Below the pieces are notes generated by a model, which worked only from the letters and a program-made list of their open reading frames with translations, had not been told where the DNA came from and made no database searches. From NCBI GenBank assembly GCA_040386535.1, contig JAZKFH010000052.1:1-49646 (forward strand): a stretch of DNA of 49,646 nucleotides. Direction: 5' to 3'. Made by a program: the position numbers and the translations under genes. The stretch is from Myxococcota bacterium. GTDB taxonomy: Bacteria > Myxococcota_A > UBA796 > SXON01. Shown piece by piece: positions 39,056 through 48,066 of this stretch (position 1 is its first letter; every line of letters starts with the position of its first letter).

Positions 39056-41971
39056 CTACCGCTCCGCCCGCCCCCACCCCTCGCTCCCGACACGCAGCTC
39101 GGTCGTCGGCCAGTACTGCAAGTCGAGCTTGAGCGTGATCACCTGGGGCTTGCCGTCGAGGTCGACGGTCTTGAGCCGCACGGCGCCACGGTCGGGGCGG
39201 TCCTTCACGGCGGCGAGGAAGGCATCCAGCGTGGGGGTGGGCGTGCCGTCGACCGCGAGGATGCGGTGGGTGGGCCGGAGTTGGTAGCGCGACGCGGGGG
39301 AGCCGAACCACGACCAACTGACATAGATGCCCTCGGGGGCCACGCCGAGGTCGGAGGGGAGCGGCGAGTGGGGGGCGTGCAACAAGGCGCCGGCCCAGAG
39401 CAGCACGCGATCGATGCCCACGCCGTCGCGCGGGACGGTGGCGAGCGGCACGGTCTCGACCTTCCCGTCACGCAACACGGTGAGCGTCACGCTCTCCTTG
39501 GCGGCGCGCACCTCGATGTCACGGAAACGTGCCACGGGCTCGCCGTCGACGGCCAACACCAGATCCCCCTCGCGGAGGGCCTCGGCGGCGGGGGTGCCCG
39601 CCTCGCGCCTCACCACCCACAACACCTGGCGGCGCTTCGGATCGAGGGCGACCAGCTTGTCCGCCCACTCCTCGGTCAGGCCGCGGTCGCGCGCCATGGC
39701 GAGGTTCATGGGCGCGAGCTCGACGCCCAGGCCGCGCACGGTGGGGAGCTCGCCGGCCACGATGGGATCGACCACGTCGTGGAGCACGTCCGTGGGGATG
39801 CCCCGGAAGAAGCCCTCGGGCGTGTCGCCGCGGTCCTCGACGAAGCTCGCCCAGAACGCCTGCACCCGGCCCGCCTTGTCCGCCAGCACGCCGCCCACCA
39901 CCGCGCCCGCGCGCTCGATGCTCACGACGTCGAGGTTGCGGTCGCGGAAGAACGGCGGCCGCGGCACGGTGAGCAACATCGGCTCCTGCGCGGTGGCCTT
40001 GGTCTCCTGTTGGAGCACTTCCTGGCGCGGCGAGAGGCCGACGTGGAAGGTGGTGTCCCCGCGGTCGAGCGCCTTGTTGGAGAGGCGGGCGCTCTTGACC
40101 GGGGTGCTCCCCAACGCGGCGGGGTCGTACGCCAGCACCGCGAGGTTGTGGAGGGGGTGGATGTAGACCACCTTGGCGGGCACGCGCACGGTGCCGGCGA
40201 AGGTGAGCGACACGTCGCCCAGCGCGATGGGGACGGTGTCCCGGTCGACCAGCACGCGCCCGCGCACCGCGTCGATGACGAGCCCGGTGCCGCTGAAGTT
40301 GCCGCCGTAGATGCCCTCGGCGCGGAGCGGGACGGTGTTGGTGACCCAGACGAGCGAGGCGGCCAGGGCCTTGGCGGCAGAGCCGGACACCTCCGGGAGC
40401 GCGCCGCTGACAGCGGCCGTGGCCGCGGACGCGGACGGGGCGGTCGAGGGGACACAAGGCCAGAGGCCCAACGTGTCATCCCGGGTGCACCGTTGCATGG
40501 GAAACCAACGCCGGTCGATGGTGACCACGGCGACCTGCTCGCGGCGCGGCTCGCGCGGATCGATCCACCGCACGGGAACCCGGGTGTGGTCGGCGAGCCT
40601 GGCGAGCGCCGCCTCGAGCGCGTCGAGCGTCTGGGTGCGCTCGCTCGCGATGCCGGTGATGACGACATCGTCGGGGATACCGGCGTTGGCGAACATGTAC
40701 CCGGCGGAGGCCACCCACACGCCCACGTCGAGCGGGAGGGTGTGGCTGCGCGCCTGTTGGAAGGAGAAGGCGTTGAGCACCGCCCCGCCCATCTCCAGGT
40801 AGGACGACGGGGTGACGGCGTGCAGATCGACCACGGGCAGTGACAGGGTCAGCGGCGCGCCGCCGCGCTCGATCTCGACGGCGACGGTGCCCCCGACACG
40901 GTTGTCGACGATCTCCTCCCACGGGATGAACGCGGTGGTGAGCGCCCCGTCCACCCGCACGATGACATCGCCCGGCTCGAGCTTGCCGAACGCGGGGCCG
41001 CCGGGGATGACCTGGTCGACCACGAGCATGCCGGTCCCGTCGGGAAAGGCCTTGCGCACGGCGGCCTCGGTCGCGTCGGTCACGCCGAGGCGGCGCACCT
41101 CATCGAAGGGGCGGTGGCGGAACACCGACTGCACCGTGCCGCGGGGCACGGGGAGGCCGGCCTGGACGCGGGCCAGCGCGCGCACCACGCGGTCGAGCGG
41201 CAGGTAGAAGCTCGACGCCGCCCGGTTGGATCCGCCCGCGTTGAGCGCGATGACATTTCCCGCGACATCCAACACCGGCGAGCCCGACGACCCACCCGAC
41301 GTGCCCGACGCCGCCTGGTAGTAGAAGGTGTCGAAATCGTTGAAGTTCCCGTCGCCGTAGCTCGGAGCGTCGCGGTCCAGGCGCGCGAGCGTGCCCTGGA
41401 GGATGCTGATCTTCTCGCCCGCGTCGTTGCCGACCACGCGCAATTCCACGCCCACCTTGGCCCGTTGGGGCGCGAGCGGGAGCGCGACGGGCTGCATGAA
41501 CCGGAGCGCCTTCGGGTCGAATTGGTAGAAGCCGAAGTCGTGCACCGGATCGCGGTACAACGCGCGGAGCGGCACCTCCTCGTGGTTGTAGAACACAGCC
41601 TCGGCCACGACGGGGCCCGGCTCCACGACGTGGCGGTTGGTCAGGATGATGCCCCGTTCAGCGTCGACCACGAACCCGGTTGCCACCGCGGACGCGGCGC
41701 CCTCGGTGTCGAACGGGCGCGTGGCGCTCACGCGGATCGCGACGATCGAGGGCACCACCCGATCGAGCGTGGCCTCCCAGCCGGCGAGCGCCTCTCCGGC
41801 CTTCTTGGAGGTGGCCTTGCCCGCGGGGGCCACCGCGGGAGCCACTGCGGGCGTCGCCGTGGGCGCGGCCACCGCGGCGCCGGTGGGGGCGGCATCGCCG
41901 GGGCGGGCCGGGCGGGCGGGGGTCAGCGCGAGGGCGGAGGCGAGGAGGACCGGGAAGAGGGGAGCCAGCAT
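39056..41971 (-). CDS. Secreted Nma111/Deg7-type HtrA serine protease with PDZ domains (about 971 aa)
   Basis: Signal peptide. Triad motifs TNRHVV, DPVHDFG and SGGSSGSPV, plus VVGNDAGEK and FYYQAASG. PDZ domains. Second degenerate protease half (GTGLVID, HPLHNLA). Confidence 0.9.
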   Translation of the reverse strand: MLAPLFPVLLASALALTPARPARPGDAAPTGAAVAAPTATPAVAPAVAPAGKATSKKAGEALAGWEATLDRVVPSIVAIRVSATRPFDTEGAASAVATGFVVDAERGIILTNRHVVEPGPVVAEAVFYNHEEVPLRALYRDPVHDFGFYQFDPKALRFMQPVALPLAPQRAKVGVELRVVGNDAGEKISILQGTLARLDRDAPSYGDGNFNDFDTFYYQAASGTSGGSSGSPVLDVAGNVIALNAGGSNRAASSFYLPLDRVVRALARVQAGLPVPRGTVQSVFRHRPFDEVRRLGVTDATEAAVRKAFPDGTGMLVVDQVIPGGPAFGKLEPGDVIVRVDGALTTAFIPWEEIVDNRVGGTVAVEIERGGAPLTLSLPVVDLHAVTPSSYLEMGGAVLNAFSFQQARSHTLPLDVGVWVASAGYMFANAGIPDDVVITGIASERTQTLDALEAALARLADHTRVPVRWIDPREPRREQVAVVTIDRRWFPMQRCTRDDTLGLWPCVPSTAPSASAATAAVSGALPEVSGSAAKALAASLVWVTNTVPLRAEGIYGGNFSGTGLVIDAVRGRVLVDRDTVPIALGDVSLTFAGTVRVPAKVVYIHPLHNLAVLAYDPAALGSTPVKSARLSNKALDRGDTTFHVGLSPRQEVLQQETKATAQEPMLLTVPRPPFFRDRNLDVVSIERAGAVVGGVLADKAGRVQAFWASFVEDRGDTPEGFFRGIPTDVLHDVVDPIVAGELPTVRGLGVELAPMNLAMARDRGLTEEWADKLVALDPKRRQVLWVVRREAGTPAAEALREGDLVLAVDGEPVARFRDIEVRAAKESVTLTVLRDGKVETVPLATVPRDGVGIDRVLLWAGALLHAPHSPLPSDLGVAPEGIYVSWSWFGSPASRYQLRPTHRILAVDGTPTPTLDAFLAAVKDRPDRGAVRLKTVDLDGKPQVITLKLDLQYWPTTELRVGSEGWGRAER

Positions 41972-42068
41972 GCCCGGCCGTTGTATCGCGGGCACGGGGC
42001 CGCGCGGGGCGGCGGCGGCCGGGCTTTGCGTCACGGTTCTCCACGAACCGCCGGTCCGGGAACACGGC

Positions 42069-42494
42069 TCAGCCGTCGTACGCGCCCGCCCAGTCGAACG
42101 CGACGAGGCACGGGGTGTCGAACACGATCTCCCAGCCGCCACAGTCGCCCTCGAAGTCGGCCGTGATGTCGGTGGCGCCCACGAACGTGGTGTCGGACGA
42201 CATCTCCCCCATGTCGTCCTGGACGGTGGCGAGCGCGCAGTCGTCGTCCAACGCCGCGACGCCCAGGCTCTCGCGCGCGAACGCCCGGCCGGCCACCTCG
42301 AACACCAGATCGTCGTCGGTGCCGTCGAGCTCGAACACCAGCGTTCCGGACTCCCACGACAGCTCGCCGGTGGTGTCCGCGGCGACCTGGCCGCCGTCGT
42401 AGAGGTTGCACGTGTCGACCGTCACCACGCTGTAGTCGAGCGTGTAGTCGCCCTCCTCCAAACGGACGCAGCCGACGAGCAGGGCGAGCAGCAT
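42069..42494 (-). CDS. Small acidic lipoprotein (about 141 aa)
   Basis: GGAGG RBS. Begins MLLALLVGC. Four further Cys, beta-rich. Confidence 0.8.
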   Translation of the reverse strand: MLLALLVGCVRLEEGDYTLDYSVVTVDTCNLYDGGQVAADTTGELSWESGTLVFELDGTDDDLVFEVAGRAFARESLGVAALDDDCALATVQDDMGEMSSDTTFVGATDITADFEGDCGGWEIVFDTPCLVAFDWAGAYDG

Positions 42495-42543
42495 GGGGCC
42501 TCCGACGGGGGCGCGTATCCGGGGCGGCGCGACGGCGCCGGGG

Positions 42544-43107
42544 TCACGCCGGCAGGTCGACCCGGGCGTGGCGGACGGTGCCGGTGAGCTCGGGCACCAC
42601 GAAGGTCTCGGTGGCGGTGCCCCAGGGCTCGAGCACCACGCCCTCCAACGTGTAGGTGACGGCGCCGAGCGGGGTGCCGTCGTACATCCACGCGGTGTCG
42701 TCGGCCGGAAAGGCCATGTCCGCGGTGTAGACGATCGTGACCGTGCCGCCGGTGGCGCGCCACGACGGCTCCGTGTCCGGCGACCAGGGGAACTCCTCCG
42801 CGGACGAGCACACCTCGCCGTCCGCGAACGCGCCCTCCGCGGCGGTGGCGAAGCTGGCCTCACCGAGCTCGTAGGTCGTGGACACCGGCGCGCCGTCGAG
42901 CAACACCGCGACGTAGTCGGTGTCCCCGCGCAGCTGGAGCGCGAGGCCGTAGCTGCCGTCCGTGAAGTGGAGGCGCAGGCCCCCGCACGCTTCGGAGGCC
43001 GTCCAGGCGGACGCGGGGCCCGGGGTGGGTGCGGCGGTGTCCTCGGGCGTGCCCGTGTCATTGGGCTTCGTGGGGTCGACACAGCCGACGAGCAGGGACA
43101 GGAGCAT
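42544..43107 (-). CDS. Acidic lipoprotein (187 aa)
   Basis: Begins MLLSLLVGC. Asp/Thr/Pro linker. Confidence 0.8.
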   Translation of the reverse strand: MLLSLLVGCVDPTKPNDTGTPEDTAAPTPGPASAWTASEACGGLRLHFTDGSYGLALQLRGDTDYVAVLLDGAPVSTTYELGEASFATAAEGAFADGEVCSSAEEFPWSPDTEPSWRATGGTVTIVYTADMAFPADDTAWMYDGTPLGAVTYTLEGVVLEPWGTATETFVVPELTGTVRHARVDLPA

Positions 43108-43204
43108 GTTTCCGGGTAACCGCGCGGGTCAGGGGCGGGGGCGCCCTCACCGATTCCCTTTCGCCCGGTCCACCCTCGCGGGTACCATCCGCGTGGAGTC
43201 CACG

Positions 43205-43921
43205 ATGCGCCTGCTCGCCCTCACCTCCGGCCTCCTCCTCCTCGCCTGCGCGGGCGGCGGCACGCCGGCGACCGATCCGCCCGCCGACCAGGACGTGCGC
43301 GGCATCTACGCCGTCACCTGGGCGGACGATCTGACCATCCGCCTCGACATCGGCGGCGCCGTGCAGGAGGCCACCGCCGGCACCGACGAGGTGATCACCT
43401 TCAACGCGCCCGACGGCTCGCCGCTCGAGCTCGATCTGGCCGCCTACTGCGCGGATCCCAACGTGGTGTGCCCCAGCGAGGCGTGGCCCGCGCACATCGC
43501 CATCGACCAGGACGACCCCACCGTGCCGTCCGACCTGCACACCCTGCGCGCCTGGGACGCCGTGACGCCCGGCGCCGTGGTGGGCGGCGCGGTCGACCAC
43601 CGCTCCGATCAGCTGCTGTTCGGCCTCGACGGGGCCTCCGGCGGCGGCGGCAACTGCGCGGCGCTGGCGCTCTCGTTGGCGGGCGGCACGTTCGCGTACC
43701 CGTCCGCAGCTGGCGACACCGCCGCCGACACCGCCGCCGACCTCGACGGCGACGTGCTCGCCGACGGCGTGGCCGGCGCCGAGGGCGGCCCCATCGGCAT
43801 CGTGGACGGGCGTGTCGCGGTCGGCTGGCTGGGCGTGTGCGCGTGGAGCGGGCTGGCGGTGGCGGCCACCCTGTCGGTCGAGACGGACTACGAGGCGGCG
43901 CGCATCAGCGACCTCGAGTGA
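43205..43921 (+). CDS. Hypothetical lipoprotein (about 238 aa)
   Basis: GGAG RBS. Begins MRLLALTSGLLLLAC. Paired Cys. Confidence 0.8.
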   Translation: MRLLALTSGLLLLACAGGGTPATDPPADQDVRGIYAVTWADDLTIRLDIGGAVQEATAGTDEVITFNAPDGSPLELDLAAYCADPNVVCPSEAWPAHIAIDQDDPTVPSDLHTLRAWDAVTPGAVVGGAVDHRSDQLLFGLDGASGGGGNCAALALSLAGGTFAYPSAAGDTAADTAADLDGDVLADGVAGAEGGPIGIVDGRVAVGWLGVCAWSGLAVAATLSVETDYEAARISDLE

Positions 43922-43983
43922 CACGACTGGCGCGGGCCTTGCATCTCTCGTTGGCAGTCCACCGTCGTCCGTCCGGAGATCCC

Positions 43984-44526
43984 ATGCGCTGCCTTCCCGT
44001 CCTCCTCCTGCTCGCCGGCTGCGAGTCCGGCCTGTCCACCGTCGTCCACGTCGATGTCGCCGAGGCGCTCGCCACGGCCCAGTCGGCCGACGCGCCGGGC
44101 GTGCTCGTCACGGACGCCGGCGGCCTGGCGACGCCGCTGGCCGCGTTGTGCGGCGCGCCGCTGGAGGAGGAGGTGACCTTCAGCCACGACCACGGCTTCG
44201 GCTGTCTGGACGAGCAGAAGGGCACCGAGGAGGTGCTGCGTGCCTGGATCCAGCCCGCCCCGGAGGACTGGGATCGCGCGGCCTTCTGCGCGCTCCAGCC
44301 GCACGCGTACGCCGGGCTCACGCTCGGGCCGGACATCACCGGCGCGCCCGAAGCGGGGGACACCGCCGACACCGCCGCGCCCACGGACACCGCGGCGATT
44401 GTCGGGACCCCGGGCCTCCTCGCCGAGCCCGAGCCCGGGTGGCCGCAGGCGGAGGTGGTCGCGACGTGGAAGCGGGACGTGTCGCCGTGTGGGGGGGCGC
44501 TGCGCGGGGACATTCGGATCGAGTAG
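43984..44526 (+). CDS. Hypothetical lipoprotein (about 180 aa)
   Basis: GGAGA RBS. Begins MRCLPVLLLLAGC. Four further Cys. Confidence 0.8.
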   Translation: MRCLPVLLLLAGCESGLSTVVHVDVAEALATAQSADAPGVLVTDAGGLATPLAALCGAPLEEEVTFSHDHGFGCLDEQKGTEEVLRAWIQPAPEDWDRAAFCALQPHAYAGLTLGPDITGAPEAGDTADTAAPTDTAAIVGTPGLLAEPEPGWPQAEVVATWKRDVSPCGGALRGDIRIE

Positions 44527-44550
44527 CCTCGAACGGCGCAGCTTGCGGTT

Positions 44551-44569
44551 GAAAATGAAAGTCGTTATC
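44551..44569 (+). promoter_or_regulatory. Fur box
   Basis: GAAAATGAAAGTCGTTATC matches 15/19 of GATAATGATAATCATTATC. AT-rich island 38 nt upstream of an iron-type operon. Confidence 0.8.
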
Positions 44570-44607
44570 AGCGTGCGCCGCCCCCGCCGGCCACCCTGAG
44601 GATGCCC

Positions 44608-45825
44608 ATGAAGCGCGCGCTCACCCTGCTCATTCCCGTCCTCACCGCGTGCACCGACGGCGTGAAGGACGACACAGGAACGACCCAGGAGCCGGTCGCC
44701 AACCCGCTGGTCGTCGTCACCGAGGTGGAGGGCCCCGACGCGGCGCTGCAGTACCTGCACGTGCTCGCGGACTGGCCGGAAGGCGGGGAGCTGGACTACG
44801 GGCGCGCGGTCGAGCTCGGGGAGTTCCCGTACGTCCGCGCCGAGCACGGCGCCGTGTTCGTGTACCGACCCGAGGACTCCACGCTGGAGAAGTTCCTCGT
44901 GGACGAGGACCTGACGATCCGGTCGGACGTCAAGATCTCCTTCGCGGGCCAGGGCATCACCGGCTGGACGGCCGAGCCCATCTACGTCAGCGAGACGCAG
45001 GCGTTCCTCGTCGACGAGGGCACCGCCCAGATCATCGAGTGGAACCCGCAGCGGATGGAGATCGTCACGTCGACCCCGGTCGACGCGTCCCTGCTCACCC
45101 GCGACGGGCTGCCGCTCCAGTTCCAACAGGGTGTGGCATCGAACGGCCGCGCCTTCACCGCCGTGAACTGGCGCGACTGGGGCACGTTCGAGTACTACGA
45201 GGCCGCGGTGATGGGCATCTTCGACGTGGCCGACCCCGCCTCGCTCACGCTGGTCGAGCACCCCGCGTGCACCTCGTCCGTCGCGCTGAACCCGTTCATC
45301 GACGAGGAGGGCTACGCCTACCTCGTCGGCGACGGGGGCCTCGGCTTCGACGTGATGGCGAGCCCCAACCGCGCGACCCTCCCGCAATGCGTCGTGCGGA
45401 TCGCGCCGGGGGAGGACACGTTCGACCCGGACTTCTTCGTCGACATCCAGGCGGCGACCGGGAGCCCGGGGTTCTACACCGCGCACCCCATGCCCGACCG
45501 GCACCTGCTCGTGAACATCTGGAGCCCCGACGTGGACATCACGACGGTGGCGGACCCCGAGAACCCGTACTGGTACTGGGACTACCCGCCGTACTTCGAG
45601 TACGCGATCGTCGACCTCGAGGCCGGCACCTCGATCCCGGTCCCCGATCTGCCGCGCGCGGCCGTGCAGTTCTCGGTCACGCTGCGGGTCGACGGGGAGA
45701 GCTACGTGCAGCTGTACCGCGAGGACGGAGGCGCCGACCTGTACCACGTCGCCACGGACGCCACGGTCACCAAGGTGCTCGTATCGGGCGCCGCCGCGGA
45801 CGTGCAGTACCTCGGGCGCCTGTAG
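44608..45825 (+). CDS. MxcI-like / DUF4374-like lipoprotein (iron uptake associated; about 405 aa; alternative start 44602)
   Basis: LTAC lipobox. ISFAGQG, YVSETQAF, IIEWNPQRMEI, CVVRIAPGEDTFDPDF pattern recalled from myxobacterial MxcI-like proteins. Upstream Fur box. Confidence 0.72.
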   Translation: MKRALTLLIPVLTACTDGVKDDTGTTQEPVANPLVVVTEVEGPDAALQYLHVLADWPEGGELDYGRAVELGEFPYVRAEHGAVFVYRPEDSTLEKFLVDEDLTIRSDVKISFAGQGITGWTAEPIYVSETQAFLVDEGTAQIIEWNPQRMEIVTSTPVDASLLTRDGLPLQFQQGVASNGRAFTAVNWRDWGTFEYYEAAVMGIFDVADPASLTLVEHPACTSSVALNPFIDEEGYAYLVGDGGLGFDVMASPNRATLPQCVVRIAPGEDTFDPDFFVDIQAATGSPGFYTAHPMPDRHLLVNIWSPDVDITTVADPENPYWYWDYPPYFEYAIVDLEAGTSIPVPDLPRAAVQFSVTLRVDGESYVQLYREDGGADLYHVATDATVTKVLVSGAAADVQYLGRL

Positions 45826-45844
45826 CGGCACTGAACGGAGCGGC

Positions 45845-47395
45845 GTGCCCCTGTTTCCCCGGAAGGACCGTCGGTTCGGCGTGCTCTACGACGTGCACGC
45901 CTGGATCGGCGTGCTGGTGGGGCTCGTCCTCTACGTGATGTTCTTCACCGGGGCGCTCGCCGTGGCCCACGGCCCTCTCCAGGCGTGGCAGGAGCCGGCA
46001 CACCACGCGCCCGCGGCGGGTGACCCCGATCGCTGGCTCGCAGAGCTCGGCGCGCTCGCGCCCGTCGCCCCCGAGCGCGTGTTCCTGACGCTTCCGGCGC
46101 CGGACGAAGGGCACCGCGCCCCCACCGCCTTCGTGATCTACCCCGACGGTCGGGAGGCCCGGCTCGTCTACGTGGCGGGCGCGTGGGCGCCGCTGGCCAC
46201 GCGGGTGGCCGAGCTCCTGTTCAACCTCCACTTCCTCTGGCACGACGACATCCCGCTGCTGTACGACCTCGCCGGCGTGTCGTGCATCGCGTTCCTGCTC
46301 GCGGTGGTGACCGGGGTCGCCATCCACCTGCGCGATCTCGTCCCGCAGCTCCAGCGGTTCCGGCCGGAGCTCCCGCCCCGTCTCGCGTGGGCCGACCTGC
46401 ACAAGATCACCGGCGTCGTCGGCCTGCCGTTCCAGGTGTTCTTCGCGTACACCGGCGCGTTCATGGTGTTCTCGGGGACCACCTTCTCCGCGGTGAGCGG
46501 GTGGATGTACGACGGGAACGAGGACCGCGCGCGGCTGGTCGCCTACGGCCCCGACGCGCCCGCCGTCGTCCTCTCGGAGGGGACTCCCGGCGCCGTCTCC
46601 TCGGCTCGATGGCTCACCTCTGCCGAGGCGGCGCTCCCCGGCCTCCAGCCCACCCGGATCGACGTGCGCCACCCCGGCCAACCGTCGGCCCGCGTGGTGA
46701 TCGAGGGCCACCTGCCCGGCGAGCCAGGGGAGTTCGAGGTGACCGTGGAGGGCGCCACCGCGCGTGTCCTCGCGGCCGAGGGGCCCGGGGAGCTGGCGCC
46801 CGCGGAGGTCGCCGAGCGCTGGGTCTACGGCGTGCACTTCGCGTGGTTCGGGGGATGGGGGGTGAGGGCGGCCTACGCCGTGCTCGGGTTCGCAACCTGC
46901 GCCATGCTCCTCACCGGGAACGGCCTGTGGCTCGCGCGGAGGCGCCGGGAGGCCGACTCGGTCAGCAACCGGCTCCTCGCCCGCCTCACCATCGGCGTCG
47001 CCGCGGGGACACCGCTGGCGATCGCCGCGACCCTGCTCGCGAGCCGCCTCCTCCCCTGGGGGCTCCTGGGGCGGCACTACTGGGAGCAGGGCGCGTTCGT
47101 CGCCGCGCTGGCGGCTTCGTGCATGTGGGCCGGGCTCGCCAGTAGCGAGCGCGACGTGTGGTGGCGCCAATTGGGGCTCGCTGCCGCCCTGTGCGCGCTC
47201 GTGCCGGTGGCGCAGGCCGGCGTGACCGACGCCGGGCTGCTCGGCGAGCGGAGCGACGCGCACGTGGTCGCCGTGGACATCGGCCTGCTGGTGTCCGCGG
47301 CGGTGCTGGCGGCGATCGCGTGGGGCCTGGCGCGGCGTTCGGGCGTGTCCGCCGACGCAGCGGACAGGCCGGCCGCGGCGCGGGAGAGCGCGTGA
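45845..47395 (+). CDS. PepSY-associated TM helix domain protein (iron-regulated membrane protein)
   Basis: VHAWIG...MFFTG, LFNLHF, WADLHKITGVVGLPF, VYGVHFAWFGG, TGNGLW with conserved His residues. Confidence 0.9.
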   Translation: MPLFPRKDRRFGVLYDVHAWIGVLVGLVLYVMFFTGALAVAHGPLQAWQEPAHHAPAAGDPDRWLAELGALAPVAPERVFLTLPAPDEGHRAPTAFVIYPDGREARLVYVAGAWAPLATRVAELLFNLHFLWHDDIPLLYDLAGVSCIAFLLAVVTGVAIHLRDLVPQLQRFRPELPPRLAWADLHKITGVVGLPFQVFFAYTGAFMVFSGTTFSAVSGWMYDGNEDRARLVAYGPDAPAVVLSEGTPGAVSSARWLTSAEAALPGLQPTRIDVRHPGQPSARVVIEGHLPGEPGEFEVTVEGATARVLAAEGPGELAPAEVAERWVYGVHFAWFGGWGVRAAYAVLGFATCAMLLTGNGLWLARRRREADSVSNRLLARLTIGVAAGTPLAIAATLLASRLLPWGLLGRHYWEQGAFVAALAASCMWAGLASSERDVWWRQLGLAAALCALVPVAQAGVTDAGLLGERSDAHVVAVDIGLLVSAAVLAAIAWGLARRSGVSADAADRPAAARESA

Positions 47396-47718
47396 CCGAG
47401 GCGCTCGCGGCGTGCGCGGCGGTCGGCTCCGCGGGAATGCTCCACGCCGCCTGGTTCCAGCGTGGCGTCCGGCGGCGGCTCCTCACACTCGTCGCCGGCG
47501 GGGCGCTGGTGGCGGCCATCTTCGTGGCGAGATCGGGGGCCCCGGACGCGTGGACGCCGTGGCTCTTCCCACCCGCCGCGTGGCTCGCGGGCTTCACGGT
47601 GAGCATCAGCGCTCGTCCGTTCGCCCCCCGCGGTACGGACCTCGGCGCCGCCCTGCTGTGTGCCGTCGGCGCGCTCGGAGGCGTGCTGGTGGTGCTGGGA
47701 GGTGGCCGTGGCGCGTGA
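47392..47718 (+). CDS. Small membrane protein (about 108 aa)
   Basis: GTG overlaps the PepSY stop (GTGA). Hydrophobic helices. Confidence 0.65.
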   Translation: MTEALAACAAVGSAGMLHAAWFQRGVRRRLLTLVAGGALVAAIFVARSGAPDAWTPWLFPPAAWLAGFTVSISARPFAPRGTDLGAALLCAVGALGGVLVVLGGGRGA

Positions 47719-47980
47719 ATCCGCCTGGAACGGTCGGGTCGACACCACCCTGCGGATCCTCGCCGCGACGGTCGGAACCCTCCCCCCCACCGTGCTCGGG
47801 TGCGCGTGTCTGGGGCGATGGGCGCCGTTCGCCGAGGGCACCGCGGTGACCTTCGCGTCGATGGCGGTGGTCCCGGTCTGGGTGATGGCGGCCACCGCTG
47901 TGTTCCTGTGCCGGACGGCGGGGCGCGCGTGGGGGGCTTGCCTGTTGCTGACCTTGGCGGGGTGGTTGGCGCTTCGGTGA
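47708..47980 (+). CDS. Small membrane protein, DUF3649-like (about 90 aa)
   Basis: GGAGGT RBS. LRILAATVG and three hydrophobic helices. Typical companion of PepSY-TM genes. Confidence 0.65.
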   Translation: MARESAWNGRVDTTLRILAATVGTLPPTVLGCACLGRWAPFAEGTAVTFASMAVVPVWVMAATAVFLCRTAGRAWGACLLLTLAGWLALR

Positions 47981-48066
47981 GGCCGGATCGAGCAGACGTT
48001 CGATCCCCGGGCGATACTCCCGCAACGCCCCCCCGTTCCATCGATCTCCCCCACCCAGGGTGAACC

